Shown here: one piece after another, positions 1-10,343 of the stretch | How positions within the stretch are numbered: the stretch's first letter is position 1 | Layout of the letters: every line of letters starts with the position of its first letter | Origin: Octopus sinensis | Lineage: Eukaryota | Length of the DNA stretch: 30,870 nucleotides | Assembly: GCF_006345805.1 (NCBI RefSeq) | Contig: NW_021824417.1 | Location: 1 to 30,870 of the forward strand | Direction of reading: 5' to 3' | The notes under the pieces: model-generated | What the model was told of the DNA's origin: nothing | Databases searched by the model: none | The model's input: only the letters and a program-made list of their open reading frames with translations | Program-made: the position numbers and the translations under genes

Positions 1-348
1 TCCTACTTTTGTCAGATTGTACTATAATATAATAGATTCCTAGTTTTATCAGATTGTACTATAATACAATAGATTCCTAGTTTTATCAGATTGTACTATA
101 ATACAATAGATTCCTATTTTGTCAATTGTACTATATTACAATAGATTCCTAGTTTTATCAGATTGTACTATAATACAATAAATCCAAGTTTTATCAGATT
201 GTACTATAATATAAACAATAGATTCCTAGTTTTATCAGATTGTACTATAATACAGTAGATTCCTAGTTTTATCAGATTGTACTATAATACCATAGATTCC
301 TAGTTTATCAGATTGTACTATAATTATAGTACAATCTGATAAAACTAG
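1..348 (+). repeat. 37-bp satellite cassette (left end outside window), closed by palindromic cap 300-348
   Basis: Tandem 37-mers, then ...GTACTATAATTATAGTACAATCTGATAAAACTAG followed by (AT)n. Confidence 0.95.
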
Positions 349-395
349 ATATATATATTATATATATATATATCTATAGATATATGTATATATAT

Positions 396-444
<49 letters not shown>

Positions 445-455
445 ATATATGTATA

Positions 456-492
<37 letters not shown>

Positions 493-567
493 TACAGTAT
501 AATATATATACATATATATAACCTAATATATATATATATGTGTATATACACACACATATATATATTC

Positions 568-600
<33 letters not shown>

Positions 601-606
601 ATATAT
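349..606. repeat. (TA)n microsatellite spacer
   Basis: Imperfect TA run with CAGTAT landmark (~495), ending CATATAAATATAT before the next CTAG. Confidence 0.95.
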
Positions 607-3395
607 CTAGTTTTATCAGATTGTACTATAATACCATAGATTCCTAGTTTTCTCAGATGGACTATAAAACCAAGATTCCTAGTGTTACAGATTGTACTAT
701 AATACAATAGATTCCTAGTTTAATCAGATTGTACTATAATACCATAGATTCCTAGTTTTATCAGATTGTACTATAATACAATAGATTCCTAGTTTTGTCA
801 GATTGTTACTATAATACAATAGATTCTTAGTTTCATCAGATTGTACTATAATACAATATATCCTAGTTTTATCAGATTGTACTATAATACAATAGATTCC
901 TAGTTTATCAGATTGTACTATAATAAATAGATTCCTAGTTTTATCAGATTGTACTATAATACATAGATTCCTAGTTTTGTCATTGTACTATAATACACAA
1001 TAGATTCTAGTCTTATCAGATTGTACTATAATACAATAGATTCCTAGTTTTATCAGATTGTACTATAATACAATAGATTCCTAGTTTTATCAGATTGTAC
1101 TATAATACAATAGATTCCTAGTTTTATCAGATTGTACTATAATACAATAGATTCCTAGTTTTATCAGATTGTACTATAATACAATAGATTCCTAGTTTTA
1201 TCAGATTGTACTATAATACAATAGATTCCTAGTTTTATCAGATTGTACTTTAATGCCATAGATTCCTAGTTTTATCAGATTCCTAGTTTTGTCAGATTGT
1301 ACTATAATACAATAGATTCCTAGTTTTATCAGATTGTACTATAATACAATATATTCCTAGTTTTATCAGATTGTACTATAATACAATATATTCCTACTTT
1401 TGTCAGATTGTACTATAATATAATAGATTCCTATTTATCAGATTGTACTATAACAATAGATTCCTAGTTTTATCAGATTGTACTATAATACAATAGATTC
1501 CTAGTTTTATCAGATTGTACTATAATACAATAGATTCCTAGTTTTATCAGATTGTACTATAATACAATAGATTCCTAGTTTTATCAGATTGTACTATAAT
1601 ACAATAGATTCCTAGTTTTATCAGATTGTACTATAATACAATAGATTCCTAGATTTATCAGATTGTACTATAATACAATAGATTCCTAGTTTTATCAGAT
1701 TGTACTTTAATGCCATAGATTCCTAGTTTTATTAGATTCCTAGTTTTGTCAGATTGTACTATAATACAATAGATTCCTAGTTTTTTCAGATTGTACTATA
1801 ATACAATAGATTCCTAGTTTTATCAGATTGTACTATAATACAATAGATTCCTACTTTTGTCAGATTGTACTATAATATAATAGATTCCTAGTTTTATCAG
1901 ATTGTACTATAATACAATAGATTCCTAGTTTTATCAGATTGTACTATAATACAATAGATTCCTAGTTTTGTCAGATTGTACTATATTACAATAGATTCCT
2001 AGTTTTATCAGATTGTACTATAATACAATAGATTCCAAGTTTTATCAGATTGTACTATAATACAATAGATTCCTAGTTTATCAGATTGTACTATAATACA
2101 TAGATTCCTAGTTTTATCAGATTCTGTTTTGTCAGTTTGTACTATAATACCATAATATTCCTAGTTATCAGATGTACTTATAATAGAATAGATTCCCAGT
2201 TTTACCAGATTGTACTTTAATACAATAGATTCCCAGTTTTTATCAGATTGTACTATATACAATAGATTCCTAGTTTTATCAGATCGTACTATAATACAAT
2301 AGATTCCTAGTTTATCAGATTGTACTATAATACAATATATTCCTAGTTTGTGTCAGTTTGTACTATAATACAATAGATCCTAGTTTTATCAGATTGTACT
2401 ATAATACAATAGATCCAGTTTTATCAGATGTACTATAATACAATAGATTCCTAGTTTATCAGATTGTACTATAATACAATAGATCCTAGTTTTCTCAGAT
2501 TGTACTATAATACAATAGATTCCTAGTTTTATCAGATTGTATTCTATAATACAATATATTCCTAGTTTTGTCAGAATTGTACATAATACAATAGATTCGT
2601 AGTTTTATCAGATTGTACTATAATACAATAGATTCCTAGTTTTATCAGATTGTAAGTCATAATACAATAATTCTATTTTAGTTTATCAATTGTACTATAA
2701 TACAATAGATTCACTAGTTTATCAGATTGTACTATAATACAATAGATTCCTATTAGTTTTATCAGATTGTAACTATAATACAATAGATTCCTAGTTTTAT
2801 CAGATTGTACTATAATACAATAGATTACTAGTTTTATCAGATTGTACTATAATACAATAGATTCCTAGTTTTATCAGATGTACTATAATACAATAGATTC
2901 CTAGTTTTATCAGATTGTACTATAATACAATAGATTCCTAGTTTTGTCTGATTGTACTGTAATACAATAGATTCCTAGTTTTTTCAGATTGTACTATAAT
3001 ACAATAGATTCCTAGTTTTATCAGATTGTACTATAATACAATAGATTCCTAGTTTTGTCAGATTGTACTATAATACAATAGATTCCTAGTTTTGTCAGAT
3101 TGTACTATAATACACTAGATTCCTTGTTTTATCAGATTGTACTATAATACAATAGATTCCTAGTTTTGTCAGATTGTACCATAATACAATAGATTCCTAG
3201 TTTTATCAGATTGTACTATAATACAATAGATTCCTAGTTTTGTCAGATTGTACTATAATACAATAGATTCCTAGTTTTATCAGATTGTACTATAATACCA
3301 TAGATTCCAGAGTTTTATCAGATTGTACTATAATACAATAGATTCCTAGTTTTTTCCAGATTGTGCTATAATTATAGTACAATTGATAAAACTAG
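607..3395 (+). repeat. Long 37-bp satellite cassette (~75 monomers) with terminal inverted arm
   Basis: Period 37 (e.g. TTGTACTATA at 1021 and 1058). Starts CTAG at 607 and ends ...TTATAGTACAATTGATAAAACTAG at 3395. Confidence 0.95.
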
Positions 3396-3469
3396 ATATA
3401 TATATATATATATATATGTATATTTATATATATATAGATATATATATATATATTATATATATATATAAT

Positions 3470-3502
<33 letters not shown>
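3396..3502. repeat. (TA)n spacer
   Basis: TA dinucleotide run between two cassettes. Confidence 0.95.
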
Positions 3503-3551
3503 CTAGTTTATCAGATTGTACTATAATTATAGTACAATCTGATAAAACTAG
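3503..3551. repeat. Stand-alone palindrome (minimal cassette, no extra monomers)
   Basis: CTAGTTTATCAGATTGTACTATAA|TTATAGTACAATCTGATAAAACTAG (one T missing in left arm), with TA runs on both sides. Confidence 0.92.
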
Positions 3552-3706
<155 letters not shown>

Positions 3707-6256
3707 TTGCTGACAAAACCTGACTCGAAAAATGACCAGCTAAGCGAATTTAACTTACAACCTGTCATTCATATTCATTTTTAAGCGTTGATTCGTAACC
3801 CTAAATCCCGTTTCTCTATTATTTGTTTCGTCATCTTGTATGCATGGCTTCCCGTCTGTCATGCATTTTAAATTCCTCCTTAATTTCAGTGTCATCCCGT
3901 TGTTATTCCATCCCCAGAATTCACTACAATATTCTCTCTCTTCTCCTATTTATATTATGTCTTAATCGAACCCGAAGTTTCTAGATGTTCAGTAATTTCT
4001 GTCGCAGAAAATTCCCTACGTATTAACTTAAAACCTGTTGTTCCTTCGTCGTTATTCTTTCCCCAAGATACCCTAAATTCCCTACGAAATATTTTCTCTC
4101 TCTCTTATTATATTACATATCCTCGAACCCCGAAGTTCCTAGATGTTCAGTAATTTCTGTCGCAGAAAATTCCCTACGTATTAACTTAAAACCTGTTGTT
4201 CCTTCGGCGTTATTCCTTTCCCCAAAGATACCCTAATTCCTACGAAATATTTTCTCTCTCTCTTATTTATATTACATTCTCCTCGAACCCCGAAGTTCCT
4301 AGATGTTCAGTAATTTCTGTCGCAGAAAATTCCTACGTATTAACTTAAAAACTGTTGTTCCTTCGTCGTTATTCCTTTCCCCAAAGAACCCTAAATTCCC
4401 TACGAAATATTTTCTCTCTCTCTTATTTATATTACATTCTCCTCGACCCCGAAGTTCCTAGATTTTCAGTAATTTCTGTCGCAGAAAATTCCCTACGTAT
4501 TAACTTAAAACCTGTTGTTCCTTCGTCGTTATTCCTTTCCCCAAAGATACCCTAAATCCCTACGAAATATTTTCTCTCTCTCTTATTTATATTACATTCT
4601 TCTCGAACCCCGAAGTTCCTAGATGTTCAGTAATTCCTGTCGCAGAAAATTCCCTACGTATTAACTTAAAACCTGTTGTTCCTTCGTCGTTATTCTTTCC
4701 CCAAAGATACCCTAAATTCCCTACGAAATATTTTCTCTCTCTTATTTATATTACATCTTCTCGAACCCCGAAGTTCCTAGATGTTCAGTAATTTCTGTCG
4801 CAGAAAATTCCCTACGTATTAACTTAAAACCTGTTGTTCCCGTCGTCGTTATTCCTTTCCCCAAAGATACCCTAAATTCCCTACGAAATATTTTCTCTCT
4901 CTTATTTATATTACATTCTTCTCGAACCCCGAAGTTCCTAGATGTTCAGTAATTCCTGTCGCAGAAAATTCCCTACGTATTAACTTAAAACCTGTTGTTC
5001 CTTCGTCGTTATTCCTTTCCCCAAAGATACCCTAAATTCCCTACGAAATATTTTCTCTCTCTCTTATTTATATTACATTCTTCTCGAACCCCCGAAGCTT
5101 CTAGATGTTCAGTAATTTCTGTTGCAGAAAATTCCTACGAATTAACCTGTTGTTCCTTAGCTCTCTCTCTCTTCCTTCCCCCCTCTCTCTTTCCTCATGC
5201 TTCCACCTGATAATCCCCCCCCAATCCCTAACTCTTTATAAAGCAGTGTTCGATTTATCTCGTCCCTTTTCTCGATACTACATCTTGCTGACAAAACACT
5301 GACTCGAACAAATGACCAGCTAAGCGAATTTACTTACAACCTGTCATTCATATTCATTTTTTAAGCGTTGATTCGTAACCTAAATCCCGTTTCTCTATTA
5401 TTTGTTTCGCCATCTTGTATGCATGGCTTCCCGTCTGTCATGCATTTTAAATTCCTCCTTTAATTTCAGTGTCATTTTTTTTCCGTGTTATTCCATCCCC
5501 AGAATTCACACAATATTCTCTCTCTCTCTCCTATTTATATTATGTCTTAATCGAACCCCGAAGTTTCTAGATGTTAGTAATTTCTGTCGCAGAAGAAAAT
5601 TCCCTAAGTATTAACTTAAGCCTGTTGTTCCTTCGTCGTTATTCCTGTCCCCAAAGATACCCTAAATTCCCTACGAAATATTTTCTCTCTCTCTTATTTA
5701 TATTACATTCTTCTCGAACCCCGAAGTTTCTAGATGTTCAGTATATTTCTGTTGCAGAAAATTCCTTACGAATTAAACTGTTGTTCCTTAGCTCTCTCTC
5801 TCTCTTCCTTCCCCCCCCTTCTTTCCTCATGCTTCCACCTGATAATCCCCCCCCAATCCCTAACTCTTTATAAAGCAGTGTTCGATTTATCTCGTCCCTT
5901 TTCTCGATACTACATCTTGCTGACAAAACCTGACTCGAAAAATGACCAGCTAAGCGAATTAACTTACAACCTGTCATTCATATTCATTTTTAAGCGTTGA
6001 TTCGTAACCCTAAATCCCGTTTCTCTATTATTTGTTTCGCCATCTTGTATGCATGGCTTCCCGTCTGTCATGCATTTTAAATTCCTCCTTAATTTCAGTG
6101 TCATCCCGTTGTTATTCCATCCCCAGAATTCACTACAATATTCTCTCCTCTCTCCTATTTATATTATGTCTTAATCGAACCCCGAAGTTTCTAGATGTTC
6201 AGTAATTTCTGTCGCAGAAAATTCCCTACGTATTAACTTAAAGCCTGTTGTTCCTT
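3707..6256 (+). repeat. Nested tandem repeat: three ~630-bp-type units (starts 3707, 5285, 5917) with variable numbers of a ~160-bp subrepeat
   Basis: TTGCTGACAAAAC... recurs at 3707, 5285 and 5917. CGAACCCCGAAGTTCCTAGATGTTCAG recurs at ~3967, 4124, 4284, 4444, 4604, 4762, 4923, 5085 (unit 1), ~5552, 5714 (unit 2) and ~6176 (unit 3, truncated). Confidence 0.92.
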
Positions 6257-6267
6257 GTCCTTGGAGG

Positions 6268-6395
6268 TGACCCCCCCTCCCACCCATCACCAGAACCGGA
6301 AGTTTCTGTTTTCTATCTTTTTGACCCGCCCTCCCACCCATCCACCAGAACCGGAAGTTTCTGTTTTCTATCTTTCTTGACCCCCCCCCGCACCC
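6268..6395 (+). repeat. ~55-bp direct repeat, 2 copies plus a partial, each full copy with ACCGGAAGT
   Basis: TGACCC...CCCACCCATC(C)ACCAGAACCGGAAGTTTCTGTTTTCTATCTTT at ~6268 and ~6322, partial at ~6378. Confidence 0.88.
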
Positions 6396-6483
6396 CTATG
6401 TAGGGTTTATTGTGATCATATAGCGCAAAAACTTTGAAATTTATGCAGGTTGTAGTCTAGAGTCTCAGTATGATATCTGGCAA

Positions 6484-9400
6484 ATGCAAGCTTTCTTTTC
6501 AGGTACAGAACACTGCGGCCCCTCATCCCAGGGTCTCAGAGGCCCACACCTCCCACACCCTCAGGGTAGGCACCCTCAACGTGGCACATTGAAAGGTAGG
6601 TCTGGCGAGATAGTCGAGATGCTTGAACGGAGACGTGTTGATGTATGTTGTATGCAAGAATAAGGTGGAGAGGAGGATCTGCTAGGGTCCTCACAGGCAA
6701 GGAACACAGGTACAAGATTTTCTGGGCAGGGAACACTGACGGGGTTGGTGGCGTGGGTATACTTATCGCTGAGAAATGGATAGATAGAGTAATTGAGGTA
6801 ATCAGAGTAAGTGACAGAATACTTAAGATTAGAATAGTGCTTCATAATAGATTAGCAACCATTATATCGGCCTATGCCCCTCAGCCAGGGCTACCCGATG
6901 GACAGAAAGACAGTTTCTATGACACCCTACTGCAGACCACCTCCATCGACGAACGACAGGGACCTTCTCTTTGTGGCTGGTGATTTCAATGGGCATGTTG
7001 GACGACATGCTGGGGGCTTCCATGGCGTACATGGAGGCTACGGTTATGGTTCCCGCAACGAGGAGGGAACCAGGCTGCTGGAGTTCTGCGATGCGAATAG
7101 TCTTATGGTCTGCAACACTAACTTCAGGAAACCAACAAGCCACCTGGTCACCTACCGATCGGGCCGGCATACTAGCCAAATCGACTACATCTTGCCAGAA
7201 AAAGGGAAAGATGGCTGCTTAAAAATGCCAAAACCTTCCCAGGCGAAGAATGCACCCCACAACATAGACTGGTAGTTAGTGACTTTAGGATCAGGACTAA
7301 GAGGGCGACTAGAAGACGACCACATGGAGAAGAAGGGTCTGGAAGCTTAAAGACCCTGCGAATGGACAGAGATTTAGAGATATGTTACTTGAAGCCTTTG
7401 ACGAAGTGGAAGGGGGTATAGCTACACATGGGGTAGAAGACAACTGGACGTTTCTGAGGGACAACCTGCTGAAAGCCGCTGACCAGATCTGTGGCTGGTG
7501 CAAAGTCCCCTTAAGACCCAAAATAACGTGGTGGTGGAACAATATTGTTGACAGGGCTATTAGACAAAAGAAACAGGCTTGGAAGGCCTGGAAGAACGGT
7601 GGTAGCAGGGAAGGGTATCAGACTGCCAGAAGGGAAGCTAGGAGACAGGTCTATCTAGCCAGAGGGGAAGCAGATAAGAGAAAATTTGCCAATGTCCTGC
7701 GCGTGAGGATGAAAGACTTGAGGTATTTCGTGTTGCAAGACAGTGTGTGAGAGAGAATCGTGATGTGTAGGAGAGAAATGTGTTCGCATGGAGGATGGTT
7801 CACTTGCGCTAAATGAGGATGCAAAGAGAAGCTTGGAGACGCCACTATGAAAGGTTACTGAATGAGGAAAATGAATGGGATAAAGAGAGTCTGCGAATGT
7901 TGACCCTACAGAGGGACCAGCTATCCGAGTTGATAGTTCCGTGGTAGCTAAGGCAATTAGAAGCATGAAGACAGGGAAAGCCCCAGGCCCATCAGGAATT
8001 ACTGCAGAGATGCTCAAAATATCTGGCAGTGTCGGCTATAACCTAGTCACCCGTATAGTCAACCAGGTGATACACGAAGGAGTCATACCCAATGACTGGT
8101 GCAGCAGCATACTAGTCAACTGCTACAAAGGTAAAGGTGATGCCCTAGATACAAATAATTACAGAGGTATCAAGCTGTTGGATCAAGTAATGAAGGTTAC
8201 GGAGAGGGTCATAGCCCAACTAATTAGAGAGAGAGTTAGTTTAGATGAGATGCAGTTTGGGTTCGTGCCAGGGAAAAGTACCACACTGATGCTATATTCC
8301 TGGTAAGGCAGCTGCAGGAGAAATACCTAGCCAAAGATAAGCCCCTGTACCTGGCTTTCGTTGACATGGAGAAAGCTTTTGATAGGGTCCCCCGATCCCT
8401 TATCTGGTGGTCAATGAGGAAACTAGGGATAGATGAATGGCTGGTGAGGACTGTGCAAGCCATGTACAGAGATGCCGTAAGTAAGGTTAGGGTTGGCAAC
8501 ATGTACACAGAAGAATTCAAAGTAGAGGTTGGGGTCCACCAGGGTTCAGTACTCAGCCCCCTCCTATTTTATCATAGTACTCCAGGCAATTACGGAGGAA
8601 TTCAAGACAGGCTCCCTGGGAGCTCCTCTACGCTGACACCTTGCTCTTATTGCTGAGTCACTATCAGAATGGAGGAGAAGTTCCAGGTGTGGAAGGAGGG
8701 TTTAGAATCAAGGGGCCTTAGAGTCAACTAGCTAAACCAAAGTACTAATAAGTAGAAAGGTAGACAATCCACAAATATCTTCAGGAAGATGGCCCTGCTC
8801 GATCTGTAGAAAAGGTGTAGGTAGAAACTCTATAAGATGTACCCAGTGTAAGCTATGGACACATAAGAGGTGCAGCAATGTCAAAGGTAGGCTAACTGGG
8901 AAGATAGTTTTTGTATGTGGCAGATGCTCGGGAGCATTAACCTCCGAAAATCTGCAGAAAACAACTTCCGTCACTTTCCAGGGGGAAAAACTAGAAGTAG
9001 TTGATAGCTTCCGTTATCTAGGTGACCAAGTCAGTAGTGTGGGGTGGGTGCGCTGAAAGTGTAACTGCTAGAATAAGAATAGCCTGGGCAAAGTTTAGGG
9101 AGCTCTTACCTCTGCTGGTGACTAAAGCCTCTCGCTCAGAGTAAAAGGCAGACTGTATGATGCGTGTGTACGAACAGCCATGCTACATGGCAGCGAAACA
9201 TGGGGCGTGACTGCTGAGGACATGCGTAAGCTCGTGAGGAATGAAGCCAGTATGCTCCGATGGATGTGTAATGTCAGTGTACATACTCGACAGAGCGTTA
9301 GCACCTTGAGAGAAATGTTGTACCTAAGAAGCATCAGTTGTGGTGTGCAAGAGAGACGATTGCGCTGGTATGGTCATGTGGCGAGAATGGATGAAGATAG

Positions 9401-9581
9401 GTGTGTGAGAAAGTGCCAATCCCTAGCAGTTGAGGGAAACCGGTGGAGAGGTAGACCCAGGAAAACCTGGGACGAGGTGGTGAAGCACGACCTTCGAACT
9501 TTAGGCCTCACTGAGGAAATGACCAGAGACCGAGACCTTTGGAAATATTCTGTACGTGAGAAGACCAGGCAGGACAAGTGA
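6484..9581 (+). pseudogene. Frameshifted RTE-type ORF (~1030 codons): AP-like endonuclease + reverse transcriptase + PHD-type finger
   Basis: APE motifs LRVGTLNV (6560), VDVCCMQE, SAYAPQ, GDFNGHVG, SQIDYIL, HRLVV. RT motifs KAPGPSGI, NYRGIKLL, QFGFVPGKST, FVDMEKAFDRV, GVHQGSVLSPLLF, LLYAD(D) (8629-8640), FRYLG. RTE-like C-terminus HGSETW, RLRWYGHV, RGRPRKTW. Stop at 9581. The start ATG at 6484 is tentative and needs one frameshift. Confidence 0.93.
8796..8927 (+). other. PHD-type (C4HC3) zinc-finger coding segment within the LINE ORF
   Basis: Manual translation CSICRKGVGRNSIRCTQCKLWTHKRCSNVKGRLTGKIVFVCGRC = C-x2-C-x10-C-x2-C-x4-H-x2-C-x14-C-x2-C. It is open and in frame with the downstream LEVVDSFRYLG, and is absent from the supplied ORF track. 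Confidence 0.85.
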
Positions 9582-9665
9582 GCCCAGCCCACTTATGAAT
9601 GCCTTTCCTCCCTTGGACACAAAGACCGGTTGAGGCAAGCGAAGTCGATATAGAACCTCATCCGA

Positions 9666-10120
9666 CGACAGACACCCATGCCAACCCCCCATGCTTGCGA
9701 AGACATGTTGGGGCAAGCGAAATCGAAATCGAAACCGAATTGAACCAGCCAGGATCCCTGGCTGCTGGTGGTACGTAAAAAGCACTATCCGACTCGTGGC
9801 CGTGGCACGTAAAATACTCCAATGCGACCGTACGACAGGCACCCATGCCAACCCCCTTTGCTTGTGAAGACATGTTGGGGCAAGCGAAATCGAAATCGAA
9901 TTGAACCAGCCAGGATCCCTGGTCTGGTGGTACGTAAAAAGCACTATCCGACTCGTGGCCGTGGCGTAAAATAAATACTCCAATGCGACCGTACGACAGC
10001 ACCCTTGCCAACCCCCTTGCTTGTGAAGACATGTTGGGGCAAGCGAAATCGAAATCGAATTGAACCAGCCAGGATCCCTGGTCTGGTGGTACGTAAAAAG
10101 CACTATCCGACTCGTGGCCG
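9666..10120 (+). repeat. ~165-bp tandem repeat (~2.8 copies) in LINE 3' UTR
   Basis: CGACAG..CACCC(A/T)TGCCAACCCC...GAAGACATGTTGGGGCAAGCGAAATCGAAATCGAA...GGATCCCTGG...GGTACGTAAAAAGCACTATCCGACTCGTGGCCG starting at 9666, 9833 and 9994. Confidence 0.92.
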
Positions 10121-10343
10121 ATGCCAGCACCGCCCGTCTGGCTTCCGTGCCGGTGGCACATAAAATACACCAATCTGACCGTGGCGTTTGCCAGCCCCGC
10201 CTGGCACCTGTGCAGGTGGCACGTAAAAAGCACCCACTACACTCACGGAGTGGTTGGCGTTAGGAAGGGCATCCAGCTGTAGAAACATTGCCAAATTAGA
10301 CTGGAGCCTGGTGCAGCCTTCTGGCTTCCCAGAACCCCGGTCG

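Noticed and set aside
3797-5232. Telomere-like CCCTAA motifs
   Set aside because: Isolated single hexamers inside larger repeat units, with no (TTAGGG)n array.
5233-5243. TATA-like CTTTATAAAG in the 630-bp unit
   Set aside because: Too short and too common in AT-rich DNA to support a promoter call alone.
4355-6000. Short ORFs in the 5' repeat block as a LINE ORF1
   Set aside because: They are translations of the 160/630-bp repeats in inconsistent frames, with no recognisable RRM, zinc knuckle or esterase motifs.
8560-8660. Bacterial retron, group II intron or DGR reverse transcriptase
   Set aside because: The N-terminal APE endonuclease, RTE-type C-terminus, short-repeat tail and TSD identify a eukaryotic non-LTR retrotransposon.
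6536-9592. Minus-strand ORFs across the LINE
   Set aside because: Antisense shadows of the APE-RT coding sequence with no independent motifs.
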